Position numbers and translations under genes: made by a program | The notes under the pieces: model-generated | What the model was told of the DNA's origin: nothing | The model's input: only the letters and a program-made list of their open reading frames with translations | Databases searched by the model: none | Shown: positions 10,369 through 22,718 of the stretch, in pieces | Layout: every line of letters starts with the position of its first letter | How positions within the stretch are numbered: the first letter of the stretch is position 1 | Origin: Takakia lepidozioides | Taxonomy: Eukaryota > Plantae > Bryophyta | Length of the DNA: 64,000 nt | Direction: 5' to 3' | Assembly: GCA_030704615.1 (NCBI GenBank) | Contig: CM060733.1 | Location: 19,902,001 to 19,966,000 of the forward strand

Positions 10369-11485
10369 TGTCGCGCGGCTTTTACTCACCCATCCCTTCG
10401 CTATCCGAGGCGGAAACTCCAAGATAGAAGAGTTGGAAATCTCTAAGTACTCAGCCCGCGCAGAACAATCAGTCATGACCTACAGCTAGTGTATCATGGG
10501 GGTGTTTCCTATTTGTTTCCCTTTTCGCATTCATCTTAGCTACCTTACCATTGATAATTACGTATTAGTTTCCTTCACTCCTCCATTCAATCCACAGCTT
10601 CACTCAGATCTCTCTACACAGTGTGATTGTATCGTATAAATATCAGATTATGATTTATCAGGTATCAGGCCGAAGCCATTGTATCTCTATTCTCCTCTAC
10701 AATATCCCTACGGCTTTGCATCTAACAAGCATCTACTAATCCTCCTTCATCGTGCTCTCCGATCTCCGCTTCCGCCTGACTCCCAAGTCCTCCCCGAATA
10801 ATGATCTCATCATAATCCCCGTTCTTCCCTTTATCCTCCTATCCGCGGTTCTAACCGTTTCCCTCTCTAACCGTCGTATGTGAACTAACATGTTCCCTTC
10901 TCTGGTGTTGTTCCCCACAGTCGTTCCCTGTCCTACTCTTCGTTCCCTATTATCGTGACAGCTGTGTCAAGCGGTGACTGGCTGTGTTTGGCTGTGTCGG
11001 GCTGTGACTGGCTGTGTGGCTATGCCGGGCTGTGACTGGCTGTGTGGGCTGTGTCTGCTGTGACGACTGTGACGGGCTGTGTGGGCTGTGTGGGCTGTGA
11101 CGACTGTGACGGGCTGTGTTGGCTGTGACGGCTGTGTGGGCTGTGTGGGCTGTGACGGCTGTGTCGGGCTGTGTGGGCTGTGTGGGCTGTGTCGGCTGTG
11201 TGGGCTGTGACGGCTGTGACGGGCTGTGTTGGCTGTGACGGCTGTGTGGGCTGTGTGGGCTGTGTGGGTGTGACGGCTGTGTGGGCTGTGTGGGCTGTGT
11301 GGGCTGTGTCGGCTGTGTGGGCTGTGACGGCTGTGACGGCTGTGTGGGCTGTGTGGGTTGTGTAACCCCCTTCTACAGTGCTCTGCTGTCACCCCTAAGG
11401 TTCCTGTTTGTCTCAGTCTGTGCAAAAATTAAGGGTACCCTACAGATCCCGTATAAGTGTCTAAGTCCCCTACAGTCCTCTAACA
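10369..11485 (-). repeat. 3' LTR of the nested element, containing a GGCTGTGTG/GGCTGTGAC 9-mer array (~10960-11360)
   Basis: Aligns with 21119-22215. PPT (ggggggaagggggtaa on the minus strand) at 11486-11500. Confidence 0.93.
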
Positions 11486-11782
11486 TTACCCCTTCCCCCC
11501 TCAAAAAGCCGTGTCCTCACGGTTTACTGTTTTCGAGTAGCAAACCTTTGTGAGTGATCACTTTGTTGACGTTGAGAGTTTCGTGGTGGGCTGTGTGTAC
11601 GAGCCCGAGGTCTGTCTCTGGTTGATGGAGATGGTTGATTACTACCTGGATAAGTGAGGCCTTCTGGAGGCTGATATCGAGGTAATCTTTCCGGCAGAGG
11701 AGATCCCCTTTGTTTCTTCGCTTCCATCTGAATTGTATAGTCTTCTCCCATGTCAAAAGAATTTTGTGAAGAACCAGTTGTA

Positions 11783-13414
11783 TCATGGGTAATTGATACA
11801 TGGGAGAATCTCATTTGGAACATGGGTTTTGACATAAGTCCCCAACAAATTAAGTGTCCTGCCTATGGAACTCATCAGCATTTCCTGTTGAGGGTCATCA
11901 TGGTGAGGTTGCTGCTGTTCCTCCCGATCTTCAACAGTATGATGTCTCACTAACCATTCAGACCATTGTCCCACCGGATTTTCTTCCTGAACTACTTCAT
12001 TCATGACCGGTGCTACAGTGTCATGGCCTTCTGCCTGTGGTACCTCCAACACAGGTGTGTGCATTATATGCACCTCAGGATTTCCTTTGGGCAACTGTTG
12101 CACCTCTGGGATTTCTGTCTCCTTTACCAGACCAGAATATTCATAGAGAAGGTCCCCTTTCTCTATTTCTGCCACTATCTGCTCTGTAGTTGGAATCTCT
12201 ATCCCTTCACTTTCCAAATCAATTATTTCGGTTTGAGCTGCATGGATAACTTGTGACCTTGTGACAAGTCGTTCAAGTGGCTGTGTTGGTTGTGATGCAG
12301 AAGTAACTTCTTCCTCCCTCTCTGAAGGTCCTGCTTCCAGTAATAACATTCTTTTGTGCTGCTGTGCCCCTTCCTGGTTATGAGCTTGGGAAACATTATC
12401 ATGCGGAATCCGTGAAGCCAGTGGATCCGCCACTACAGTCTTTCCCCTTCTCTGCCTCTTAGTCTCTGGTTGTGCTGCTAGTCCACCCTCACTGTGTGAA
12501 GAGCCTTGCTCTTCCATTGCAGTTGTTTCTGGCTCAAACACTCCCATTTCCTTCCTTTCTTGTGCATTAAGTATGCCCGAACTAAGGATTATTTGAGCAA
12601 TGATTGGGCCAGACACTATGATAGGAGATTTGCGGTAGTACTTTGTAATCTTTTCATCTCCTCTACCAGTGCGTTGTACATTATGTCCGCCCATAGTACC
12701 TCTTGTCCCTTCAAGCCTTTGAGGATTTCCTCTGTGAAGGATTTGCTCAAATATTGTTGGTTCTGTTTCAGGGCAATCAGAACGTTCAATACTTGGCTTA
12801 TGTCTTTTAACCCTGGGTACACAGCTTTGGTACAAGCATAACCCTGAGTTTTAAAGAAACTCCCTTCTTGGAATAAATCCTCTATTTGCAGTCTTTTCCC
12901 TGTGTTCTTCCACATACACATGACCTGCTGGCAATTGAAACAATTGCTGGAGGTATAGGGGAGTAATCATTAATTCAACTCCCTTCACCGTTGTTGTTCC
13001 TGTCTTTGGCTCAAAGTTCTGCAAAAATTGTAACATGTACTGTCTATGGTGTAGTGTCCAATCCTTGCTTTGCAATCCTTCCAATCTTAGCTCCTTCAGT
13101 ATCTTTGTCGCCTGTGGGGTAGCCATCGTTTGTTTCTGCAGAATGGTGGTGCTCTTCACCCTGATTTCCTCCATTCCTCTCACTCTCTTCATCTTAGACT
13201 CACCGAACTTTGGCTGTAACAACTGCAGGAGTGCCTGTAGTGCACAAAGCAGAAACGTATGGTTGCCGCAGAAAGCTATGGGTAACCTCTTGTAAGCCTG
13301 CGGGGCTTGCAAGCATTGTTCAAGAGAAAAGCTCTGCTCTTTCGTTTCGTGTCTCTGCCACTGCGTAAGTAATATTGCGAGCGTAATGTCTGTTAGTTCC
13401 TCCATAGTTTCCAA
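11783..13414 (-). pseudogene. 3' extra ORF of the nested element (Athila/Sirevirus-type 'env-like' or putative plant transposon protein), frameshifted
   Basis: Overlapping frames 12851-13414, 12616-12921 and 11783-12835. Motifs LQFLQNF..TTTVKGVELMITP..LQQLFQLPAG and GQEVLWADIMY resemble such extra ORFs. Confidence 0.6.
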
Positions 13415-13874
13415 GTTATAGCATTATGGCCTGTCCTGTCGAGACGCCCGTTACTCTGAACGACGCCGCCTCTTGCGCTCAATTTCCTCCATTTTCTTGA
13501 TCATTTTTCTGGTTTTCTATTGGCTGTGGCCGCTGTGACTGGATTTTAACTTTTATCTTCTTTAGTGGACTTTCCCTGTTGGATAGTCCACTAGGATCAC
13601 ACATGCGACATGAATTCGGCTTTCTGTACTTGCCGTTCGTTCTGTTTCCCTTTTTCCGTAATCATTAATGGGTCCGCCTTTCATCCCTTTTGACGGCCGT
13701 TCTTGTCCTCTTTTTTTTGACACCTGTCCTTGCACTTCATTCTCTGCTGTGTGTCGCACCCTGACCTCCACGTGTCTATTTTTAAATTAATTTCCGTTTC
13801 TTCTTCCTTCAGCCATTTTACTGAAGTTTTTATGTGTCCACTTGTCACTGATTCTATGGATCGTGTAACTTTAG

Positions 13875-14380
13875 TAGGCTGTCTTGAGCTGTGATAGGCT
13901 GTGTTGCACTGTGGTAAGCTGTGATAGGCTGTGACACGCTGCGGTAGGTGGATAGGCTGTGTCACGCCTTGCTGGGTGTGGTGGTGTGTCACGTCGTTGA
14001 GTTGGGATGGTGTGGCTTGGTTGTGTGCGCTGTGGTTGGCTGTGGTCAGTGAGGTGTGATAGGGTGTGCGTGATGGGCTGTGGTGAGCTGTGGTGCGCCT
14101 TGCTGGGCTGTGGTTGGCTGTGTCACGTCGTGATGGGCTGTGATAGGCTGTTTATCGTGATGGGCTGTGATAGGCTGTGGTGCGCCTGCTGGGCTGTGTT
14201 GGCTGTGTCACGTCGTGATGGGCTCTTGTGTGTCACGCCGTGATGGGCTGTGTGTTGGTGATAGGCTGTGGTGCGCCCTTGGCTGGGCTGTGGATAGGCT
14301 GTGTCACGCCTTGATGGGCTGTGATAGGCTGTGTCCGCCTGTGTTTGTGTTTGCCCCCCCCTGTCGATAGGCTGTGGCCT
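13875..14380. repeat. Low-complexity GGCTGTG(ATA/GT) repeat array between pol and the extra ORF
   Basis: Many ggctgtgata / gggctgtg / gtcacg(t/c)c units, related to the LTR array. Confidence 0.8.
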
Positions 14381-14569
14381 CACTTGCGCTTGCAAGTTTG
14401 CCCCTCCCGTCCGTCCGTTCGTACTGACTGCCTGAGCCCGACTCACCTCTATGGGTTCCACACACCATGTTCATAACATCATGGTGCAGACCCGTGACTG
14501 CTTTGCGTCCAGTTCATACATGCAAATCACTGTGCAGGCCGGTTTGTCATGGATACCACTGTACCCCTT

Positions 14570-17500
14570 CACGATTGCATTGACTCTTCCCAGCATTTCC
14601 TTGTAATGGTTTTGTAACATGGCTGTGTTGTTATCATACATCTTTTGTATGACATAAGGTCCTTCCATGGTGATTTAAGCTTAGAAGCTTGAATCTTTCC
14701 TTTCTTCTGCAACCATAGAAACAAATCCCCCGTCTTAAAAGTCTTTTTAATTTGCCTTTCATCAAACTGTTCCTTTCGCTTCATCTGAATTCTGGTCATA
14801 TTATCAGCTGCATCACTCGACGTATTCTTCCACATGGTATATATTCGGCGTTTCCTGACCTTGATGGAGTTCGCAATTCCATTCTTTTCCCCCACTCTGT
14901 TCCCATGGTATGGTAACAGGAATTCCACTGGAAGTAGGCTTCCATACCATAAACTAATTGGAATGGTGTATACTTAGTGGTGACTTTATATGAAGTCCTG
15001 TATGACCACAAGCTGTCAGCAGCTTTGTATCCCAATCCGTTCTGTTTGCATTGACTATCTTAGCAAGATAGTACATAGTATTTGTTGGTAGCCTCTGCCT
15101 GTCCATTACCCTGTGGGTAATATGTTGTACTCTTTCTATGCACAATCAAAACTTTTAGTCAATAACTCAATGGTCTCATTCATGAAGTGACTTCCTTGTC
15201 ACTGATATAATATTCTAAGGGACATCCAAATCGTGTAAGTATGTTCTCGTACAGGAACCTTGCTGTGGACTTGGCTGTGTGTCCCTCAAAGCTTAGCTTC
15301 CACCCACTTTGTAGTATAATCAGTGGGTGGCTGTAATTATGTACCTGTTTCGTGGTATTCTTGGATGGTGGATTAATTGGTCCAACAAAGTCTAGTCCCC
15401 ATTTCTGAAATGGTTCCGTAGGCATTGTAGGATGCAAGGCCATTCTTCCAGATCTCTGCAAAGGTCCTAGCCTCTGACATTCATCACACTTCTGACAATA
15501 CTCATGTACATCTTTGAACACCGTAGGCACAAACCATACCTGCGAGTAGTATCTTCTACTGGTAGTCCTCTCTCTTCTCCAAAATGACCTCCAGCCACTC
15601 CTTTTATGAACTTCCTCCAAGACTTTATTTACTTCATGGTGGTACAAGCATCGTTTTAGTACTCCATCAGGTCCTAACTTATACATCTGCTTCCTACCAT
15701 AGTATAAGGTAAAGCTCTGATAGCAATTCTTTTCCTTTGCTCCTTACCATAACTAGGTGGGCACTGACCATGAGCAAGGTAGTATCTGATGGCCACTGCC
15801 AATCTAACCATTCATCTGCACTTCCTGCACCTCCATTACAAATAAACTCGCATCAGGTAATGATCGTCCACTCCTGTGGCGGCCTCTCCTGTTGTTAGTC
15901 GTGACAAATGATCTGCCACAAGATGCAAACGGCCAGGCTTGTAAAATAACCTCGAACTCAAACTCATGCAAGATTATTAACCACCTCGCTATCCTTCCAC
16001 TTATCAAAGGTTTGTTCACCAGATATATCAGAGCCTGGTGATCCACATAAAACATAAACTTCTTCCCAATAGGTAATGCCTGAATTTCTTCACTGCATAG
16101 ATCATTGCCAATGCTCTCTTTCGTTGTGCTATAGTTCCTCTCAGCACTGTTCATCAACCGGCTAGCATAGTACACAGGTGAATCTATATTCCCTGTACAT
16201 TCTGGGCTAAACCGCTCCCCAATTGCTTCTCCTGATGCATCGCATGAACATGAAATACTACATGCCAGTGAGGGTTAATCAGCACAGGTGTAGTGTTACT
16301 GACAGTGTAAGTTCCTCAAACGCCTGTTGACATTCAGCTGTCCATGCAAACACTGCATCTTTCTTCAGAAGCTTGCTCAATGGTGCTGCTATTTGTGCAT
16401 ACCTTTTGACAAATCTTCTGTAATAACTGGTTTGCCCAAGAATCTCCTTAAACTCTTAACATTCACTGGTGGTGGAGAGACTTTAATGGACTCTGTCTTC
16501 CTGGGATCCACAAGAAGTCCCTTCTTACACACTTGTGTCCCAGAAGCACCCCTGAGTTCACACAGAAAGTACACTTCTCTGGATTCAAGCCCAGACCTCT
16601 CATCCTGCATCTGGCCAGGCATAACTCCAATTTATGCAAGTGCTCATTCTTAGAGCTGTACACACTGAAATCATCCAAAAACACCTGCATGAAATCATCA
16701 GATACTCTTGAAAAGATTCACTTATCACTCTCTGAAAGGTCGCTGGTGCATTACAAAGTCCAAAGGGCATGACTTTGTATGCATAAGCCCCCCAGTCTGT
16801 GATGAAAGCTGTTTTCCCTTGGTCTTCTTCTGCCACTTGCACTTGATTATAACCACTGAAGCCATCCATGAATGAGTACATCTCATGGCCTGCCACAGTG
16901 TCTAATACTGCTTCTGTGAATGGCAAAGGGAAAGGATCTTTCTTCGTACAAGCATTCAGCTTCTTATAGTTCACACATACTCTTAGTTTGCCATTCTTCT
17001 TGGGAACTATAACAATGGGTGACAACCAAGTTGTATACTCTATTGGGTATATAAACTTAGCCTCAGCAACTTCTTTATCTCTTCTCCAACCTTCTGTGCG
17101 TAGTTGGGATTCATTCTATACCTCGCTGCTTGATTGGCACTGACCCTGGTTCCAGTTCAATTTTATGCTGACAGACTTCAGGTGGTATCCCTTTTAGATC
17201 TCATAGCTCCAAGCAAATACATCTCTGTATTTGATGAACAAGCTTTTAGCTTCTTCGAAGAATTCCGGCTCCAAATCAGCTCCTACTTTCACCATCCTTG
17301 GTTCTCCGGAGTTCCCACATTTACTTCTCTCACCTGCTCATCAGCTGTGATTGTCCAACCAGTCACCACTTCATCCTGTAAGCTCACAGTGGCTGGTTCT
17401 TCTAGGATTTCTATTTCTCCTTCTCTTTCTTCATAGAAATGTGATGGGTAAATGCTGGTTTCTTCTTCGTTGGTGTTGCTGTCACTACACCACAGCAGAT

Positions 17501-19850
17501 ACCTCTCAAACAACTTAGGCTTTCCAGCCGCATCTCTGCAACTTGCTCCCACTCTGGGGTTGCAGCAAATAGGGTAGCTTCCTGCTCCTCATCCAGTCCT
17601 CCCCTCCAGTCATACTCTCTGACTCCTCGAGGTCTTTCTGTAGCAGGTAATCTACTAGATTCTTTGTGGTAATTTGTATCTCGTGCATCCCATTATGCAC
17701 AGTTAGTAACTGAGAATTCCAGTCATGGAATACCCTGGCCTGTTTCAGCCACGGACGTCCCAATCATAAGGAATAAGCCTCCATGACTTCATCCATTTTA
17801 ATACAGTTACTGTGATCAGAAAGATCATTTTCTGTATCTGTATCTTAACTCCTCTTATTAATCCCAATGGCTGTACACGTCTTTGATCTGCCATTGTTAC
17901 TGTAAATGGGGCTGGTTTCATGTTACTTAGACCAAGCTTCTTCCTTAATTGGTCTGTCATGATATTTACTCCAGAACCACCATCTATCAGTACATCAGTT
18001 AGTTCTGTGCTTCCAATTCTCAATTGGATTACTGGCATAGAATCATCAAAGTCCATGACTGGTTCTCGCCCTTCGGCTTCACAGATAACTGGTCACCTTG
18101 CTGTTCAGGTCTGTGTTTCCTGTTTCTTGGGCAATTCGATTGATTGCCTGATACAGCCTGTGCCTACAATAGGTGCCACAGCTAATAGCTGTCCCATGGT
18201 AATTCTGCTTTGGTCTGACATATTACTTCAGCCAAAGTCTCTTCATTACTTTGCATGTCTGCATCTTCTTTTCTCCTTTCTCCTCCACTCTCCTCTTTTC
18301 TCCATCCGAATCAGAGGAATCTGCCACAGGAATATCAGTACTCTTTTGCATTTCCCTTATAGTATCTGCCACTTCCTTGTGCAGTTCCTTCTCATCCTTC
18401 CAAGTCTCTTCATCTTCAGGCATATCATTGCCACTTCCAGTTCTCCTTCTTCCTCTTCTACTGGAGGTATTAGTTTAGCTTTACTTCTTGTTACTATCAT
18501 TGTACTTATTCTGGTACAACACATGGCCTAACCATGTGAGCTGCCACCACTGGGCCCTCATTCACAGGAGCTCTCATCTCATTCTGGTGTCTTATCCAGA
18601 ATGAACAGGCTGCCTTGCGATGTCCTGGCTGATTACAATAGTAACATAGCTCTTCACCATTGGGTCCTCGCCCTTGGTCTGGTCTTGGATTATTTCTATA
18701 ATCCTGATTCCCGGGCTGGTAATTCCCCCCGGATTACCCTGATAGTTGCCTCTGGAATTTCCTTGGTAATTCCCTCTTGAATTACCTCTTCCTTCCATGC
18801 CATGTTATAACCACCAGACCTACCATAGTGGTCCTGATCATTGCTTCTTCTGGCTGGGGTTGCACCTGATGCACCCTCACTTGCCTAGGTTCTCTGCAGC
18901 TGTCCTTCTGTTGTAGTAACAATTCTCAGTAGAATGGTTATCCATTTTACAGATAGTACAGTGTTTCTCCTTCATGTGGCATTCTGTAGTGGTATGGCCT
19001 TCATTCTGGCACTTTGCACACCATACACCTTCCTCCAATGTGTTGCAGCCTCTGTGGCATACTTCTTCAAGATTTCTTCCAATCTTTTCTCATAGTTACC
19101 TCTTCAACTTTCCTTTCTCTTACTCTTCTTTTTAGTTCTTGCTCTTCTTCTTCATCTGACTCATCTCAGAGTCCTCATCTTCCTTTTCTCTCTCCTGAGC
19201 ATTCCCAATTGCTCAATTCTGTTCGCAGTTTCAAATGCCTCCTCCACTGTATTATGGGGTAACATATCCACTTTCTTCTGCAACTCTGGTCTTAGTCCAC
19301 TCACAAACCAAGTCTTCTGTAAACCGGGTGCTGGTACTGCAGCCAGCTTTTTCATCATCAATTCCATCTTCTCCATATACTCTTCAACAGTTTCATGTTC
19401 TTCTGCTTCAGCTGTTGTAAACTTCCATACACTTCATCCTCAGTTTTACTTGTCCTGAACCTATTTCGAAATGCTGTATTCAAGCCATTCCAGGTTAGGA
19501 AATGATTATCAGGAATCTTGCATACCATTCACTTGCTTTCTTGATAAGTGAACAAGGAAACAGTCTCATCTTGGCATCATCGCCATTCTCATTGTTCACT
19601 ATACACATGTGCTCAAATTGGTAATGTGTACATCGGGATCCCCTTTTCCTGAATATATTGGAAAGGGTGGTTTTGCCCGTGTTGGTTGTAACGCCATCTG
19701 TGGCCCTACCTTCTGCCCACTGACAGGTGCTGGCACCCTTGCTGGTGCTGGTCCTTCTGGACCTGTTGTTTTTGTGGTGGATCTTCCACCAAGTGGTGGC
19801 CCTTGAGCACTCCCGCTTCTGGCCCCACGATATTCACAGTATTCCAAGCT
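14570..19850 (-). pseudogene. gag-pol of the nested element, heavily frameshifted
   Basis: Gag (YSGKGDPDVHI, FVSGLRPELQ), protease (LIDGGSGVNIM), RT (PIVIVPKKNGKLRVC..DGFSGYNQ..MPFGLCNAPATFQR..FLDD), RH (YYASRLMNSAERNYSTT, YVDHQAL) and INT (CQKCDECQR, WGLDFVGP). Confidence 0.92.
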
Positions 19851-20023
19851 TCAGTTGCACTACTTCCCCACTCCCTGTCCCACAGAGCCAGATCCAGGCA
19901 GCCCGCCTGATCCCCTGAGCCGACACCTTCGTTGGCCTGTGATCCAAGTGCTCCACTTGATCCAGGTCCAACGGGTTGGGATGTCCTGGTTGTAGTCTCA
20001 ACCTCAGCTGTGGGTCTACTTCT

Positions 20024-21080
20024 TCATATTCTTCCTCTTCCAATTTCTTCTCTGTTTTCATCATTCAAGTTCTGCCCTTGGGTTTCTTCTTCACTCATGT
20101 AACTCAACTGTAATGGTGTTGGAGAGTCTGAACTCTCCGTTGGCTCTGCCACATCCTCATCTCCTTCTTCATCTTCTGCTTCAGAAACTGGAGTTCCTGC
20201 TTTTGGTGTTCCATGCCAACTTTTATCAAAGATTTCTGTTAAATCTTTTATCCAAGGATGTACCTCAGATCTTTCACCTCTGATTGATCTTCTTCCTGTA
20301 CCAATTCCCTTAATCTTTCTTGCAAAGAAACAGAAGGAGTGGCATCCAACTCTAGTTCTTCCGGTATAGGTGATGCACTTTTTGATCTTGATGGTGTGAG
20401 AGGTCCAGATGATTCCCCTATGTCTATTCCTCTCTCCCAAAGATATGGATAATTAGCTTTCAGATAGCTTTCCTTTTTATGAATATCTTGTCGTCTAGCT
20501 TCTCTTTCATCACTCATGTCCATGTCTTTCATTTCTTTTAATGTGGCAATAACCAAAACTCTCTTCTGTAATATCTCTCGTATATGCCTGGATTTCTTTC
20601 AAGCTTCAATGCACCTTGGCTATACTTGAAGTCTCCGTTACCATATAACCATATGGCAAACAAGTCTGAAAAGCTGTTCTTGGTGTGAGTTTGATCCACA
20701 AAATCCCTTGGAATCCAATCTTTACCAGTACAAGCTCTTCATGCATATGAGTATAAACATTCACCTTTCTTCTTCCCAGCCTTCAAACTCTACTCGTTTA
20801 ATGGATAGCAATGCTATCACATAAACCAATGTTGGTAACCAACGTGCTCTTCCTCTACAGGCTACCTGATAAATCTTTATCACTCCTTTCTCCAGACCCC
20901 ATTCTGGATCAGCATCATGCACTCGTTTAAGAATATTTTCTTTACATCCGTCTGGCAATTCCAAGAACCTTTGAAAGAACTGTTTGGACAATCTTTTCTT
21001 CCGTTTCACAGGGAATTTGATTCACTTCAAATTCTTTAATGGTCCAACCACCATGATCCCACCAGATGCCTGTCACATCT
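20024..21080 (-). pseudogene. Possible 5' extra ORF or gag N-terminal extension of the nested element, fragmented
   Basis: Consecutive same-strand coding-like fragments (20761-21009, 20248-20556, 20024-20440) between the PBS and gag. Confidence 0.45.
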
Positions 21081-21099
21081 GGTTGTTCATGTCCCAGTT

Positions 21100-21116
21100 C
21101 CCCAGTATGGTCGCCA
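21100..21116 (-). promoter_or_regulatory. Primer-binding site, tRNA-Arg-like (TGGCGACCATACTGGGG)
   Basis: Begins with TGG 2 nt inside the 5' LTR end. The tRNA identity is inferred. Confidence 0.7.
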
Positions 21117-21118
21117 AA

Positions 21119-22215
21119 TGTCGCGCGGCTTTTACTCACCCATCCCTTCGCTATCCGAGGCGGAAACTCCAAGATAGAAGAGTTGGAAATCTCTAAGTAC
21201 TCAGCCCGCGCAGAACAATCAGTCATGACCTACAGCTAGTGTATCATGGGGGTGTTTCCTATTTGTTTCCCTTTTCGCATTCATCTTAGCTACCTTACCA
21301 TTGATAATTACGTATTAGTTCCTTCACTCCTCAATCAATCCACAGCTTCACTCAGATCTCTCTAACAGTGTGATTGTATCGTATAATATCAGATTAGATT
21401 TTATCAGGTTATCAGGCCGAAGCCATTGTATCTTTTCTCCTACAATATCCTACGGCTTTGCATCTAACAAGCATCTACTAATCCTCCTTCATCGTGCTCT
21501 GATCTCTGCTTCCGCTGACTCCCAAGTCCTCCCCGAATAATGATCTCATCATTAATCCCCGTTCTTCCTTTATCCTCCTATCCGCGGTTCTAACCGTTTC
21601 CCTCTCTAACCGTCGTATGTGAACTAACATGTTCCATTCTCTGGTGTTGTTCCCCACAGTCGTTCCTGTCCTACTCTTCGTTCCCTATTATCGTGAAGCT
21701 GTGTCAAGCGGTGATGGCTGTGTTTGGCTGTGTCGGGCTGTGACTGGCTGTGTGGCTATGCCGGCTGTGACTGGCTGTGTGGGCTGGTCTGCTGTGACGA
21801 CTGTGACGGGGGTTGGGCTGTGTGGGCTGTGACGACTGTGACGGGCTGTGTTGGCTGTGACGGCTGTGTGGGCTGTGTGGCTGTGACGGCTGTGTCGGGC
21901 CTGTGTGGCTGTGTGTGGCTGTGTCGCGCTGTGTGGGCTGTGAGGACTGGGACGGCTGTTGTGTTGTTTGGTTGTGTGACGGCTGTGTGGGCTGTGTGGG
22001 CTGTACGGGTGTGTGGGATGTGTGGGCTGTGTGGGCTGTTGTAGGCTGTGTGGGCTGTGACGGGTGTTGTGTGACGGCTGTGTGGGTGTTGTGTAACCCC
22101 CTTCTACATGCTTTTCGCTGTCACCTACGGTTCCTGTTTGTCTCAGTCTGTGCAAAAATTAAGGGTACCCTACAGATCCGTAGGAAGTGTCTAAGTCCCC
22201 TACAGTCCTCTAACA
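21119..22215 (-). repeat. 5' LTR of the nested element
   Basis: TG...CA ends; aligns with 10369-11485 with many 1-bp indels. Confidence 0.93.
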
Positions 22216-22427
22216 AAGATGTAATAGCCACAGCCGTACTAAGTCCTCTATCACTGTCCCTATTGTACTCAAACTCTATAGACCAAGAGGCTGGGTACAA
22301 GAGTAGCCCCATCGTTAGTCGCCATCTTGCAATCTGTGAACTTGAGCCAGGACCTCGTGTGTTCAAGGTCTCCTAGTAGCTGGGCCTTGCGTTGCTTGTT
22401 AGCCTCCCATGGTTGTATCCACTCCCA

Positions 22428-22718
22428 CTATCCAATGCACCAATCCCCATCTGGAACCATCTCAAGAGGTGGAGTCAAGCACCCCATATGCCAACCTCTA
22501 GAGCATCGATCACACACCAGCATGGTGGCTGCCCCTTTAGCAGACCCACACAACATGCACCTCAAACCTGCAGATACCACTGCCAGGTTTGGGTCAATCC
22601 TGCCATCGACATTCGGAAGGTGACATGGCGCACAATTACGCACATGGTCCTTCCAAGTTATGCCATCCCGACCCTCCAAGACCAAGACGCCTGAGGGCAA
22701 GACCTCTCGAACCCTCAA
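22428..22718 (-). CDS. Integrase C-terminus with a PHD finger (frameshifted continuation of pol)
   Basis: CMLCGSAKGAATMLVCDRCSRGWHMGCLTPPLEMVPDGDWC matches the C4HC3 PHD pattern, with the last Cys missing. Confidence 0.88.
   Translation of the reverse strand: MRVREVLPSGVLVLEGRDGITWKDHVRNCAPCHLPNVDGRIDPNLAVVSAGLRCMLCGSAKGAATMLVCDRCSRGWHMGCLTPPLEMVPDGDWCIG

Larger units (their letters stand above)
10369..22215 (-). mobile_element. Nested Ty3/Gypsy non-chromovirus (Athila-like) LTR retrotransposon
   Basis: Two ~1.1-kb TG...CA LTRs. AAGAT TSD at 10364-10368 and 22216-22220. PBS and PPT present. Gag-PR-RT-RH-INT fragments. No additional (Tat-type) RNase H seen. Confidence 0.93.

Noticed and set aside
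10967-11553. ORFs with HSPHSR / VWAVTA / CVGCDG repeats (also at 21688-22376 and 14007-14461)
   Set aside because: These are translations of the 9-mer LTR microrepeats, open in several frames, and are not genes.
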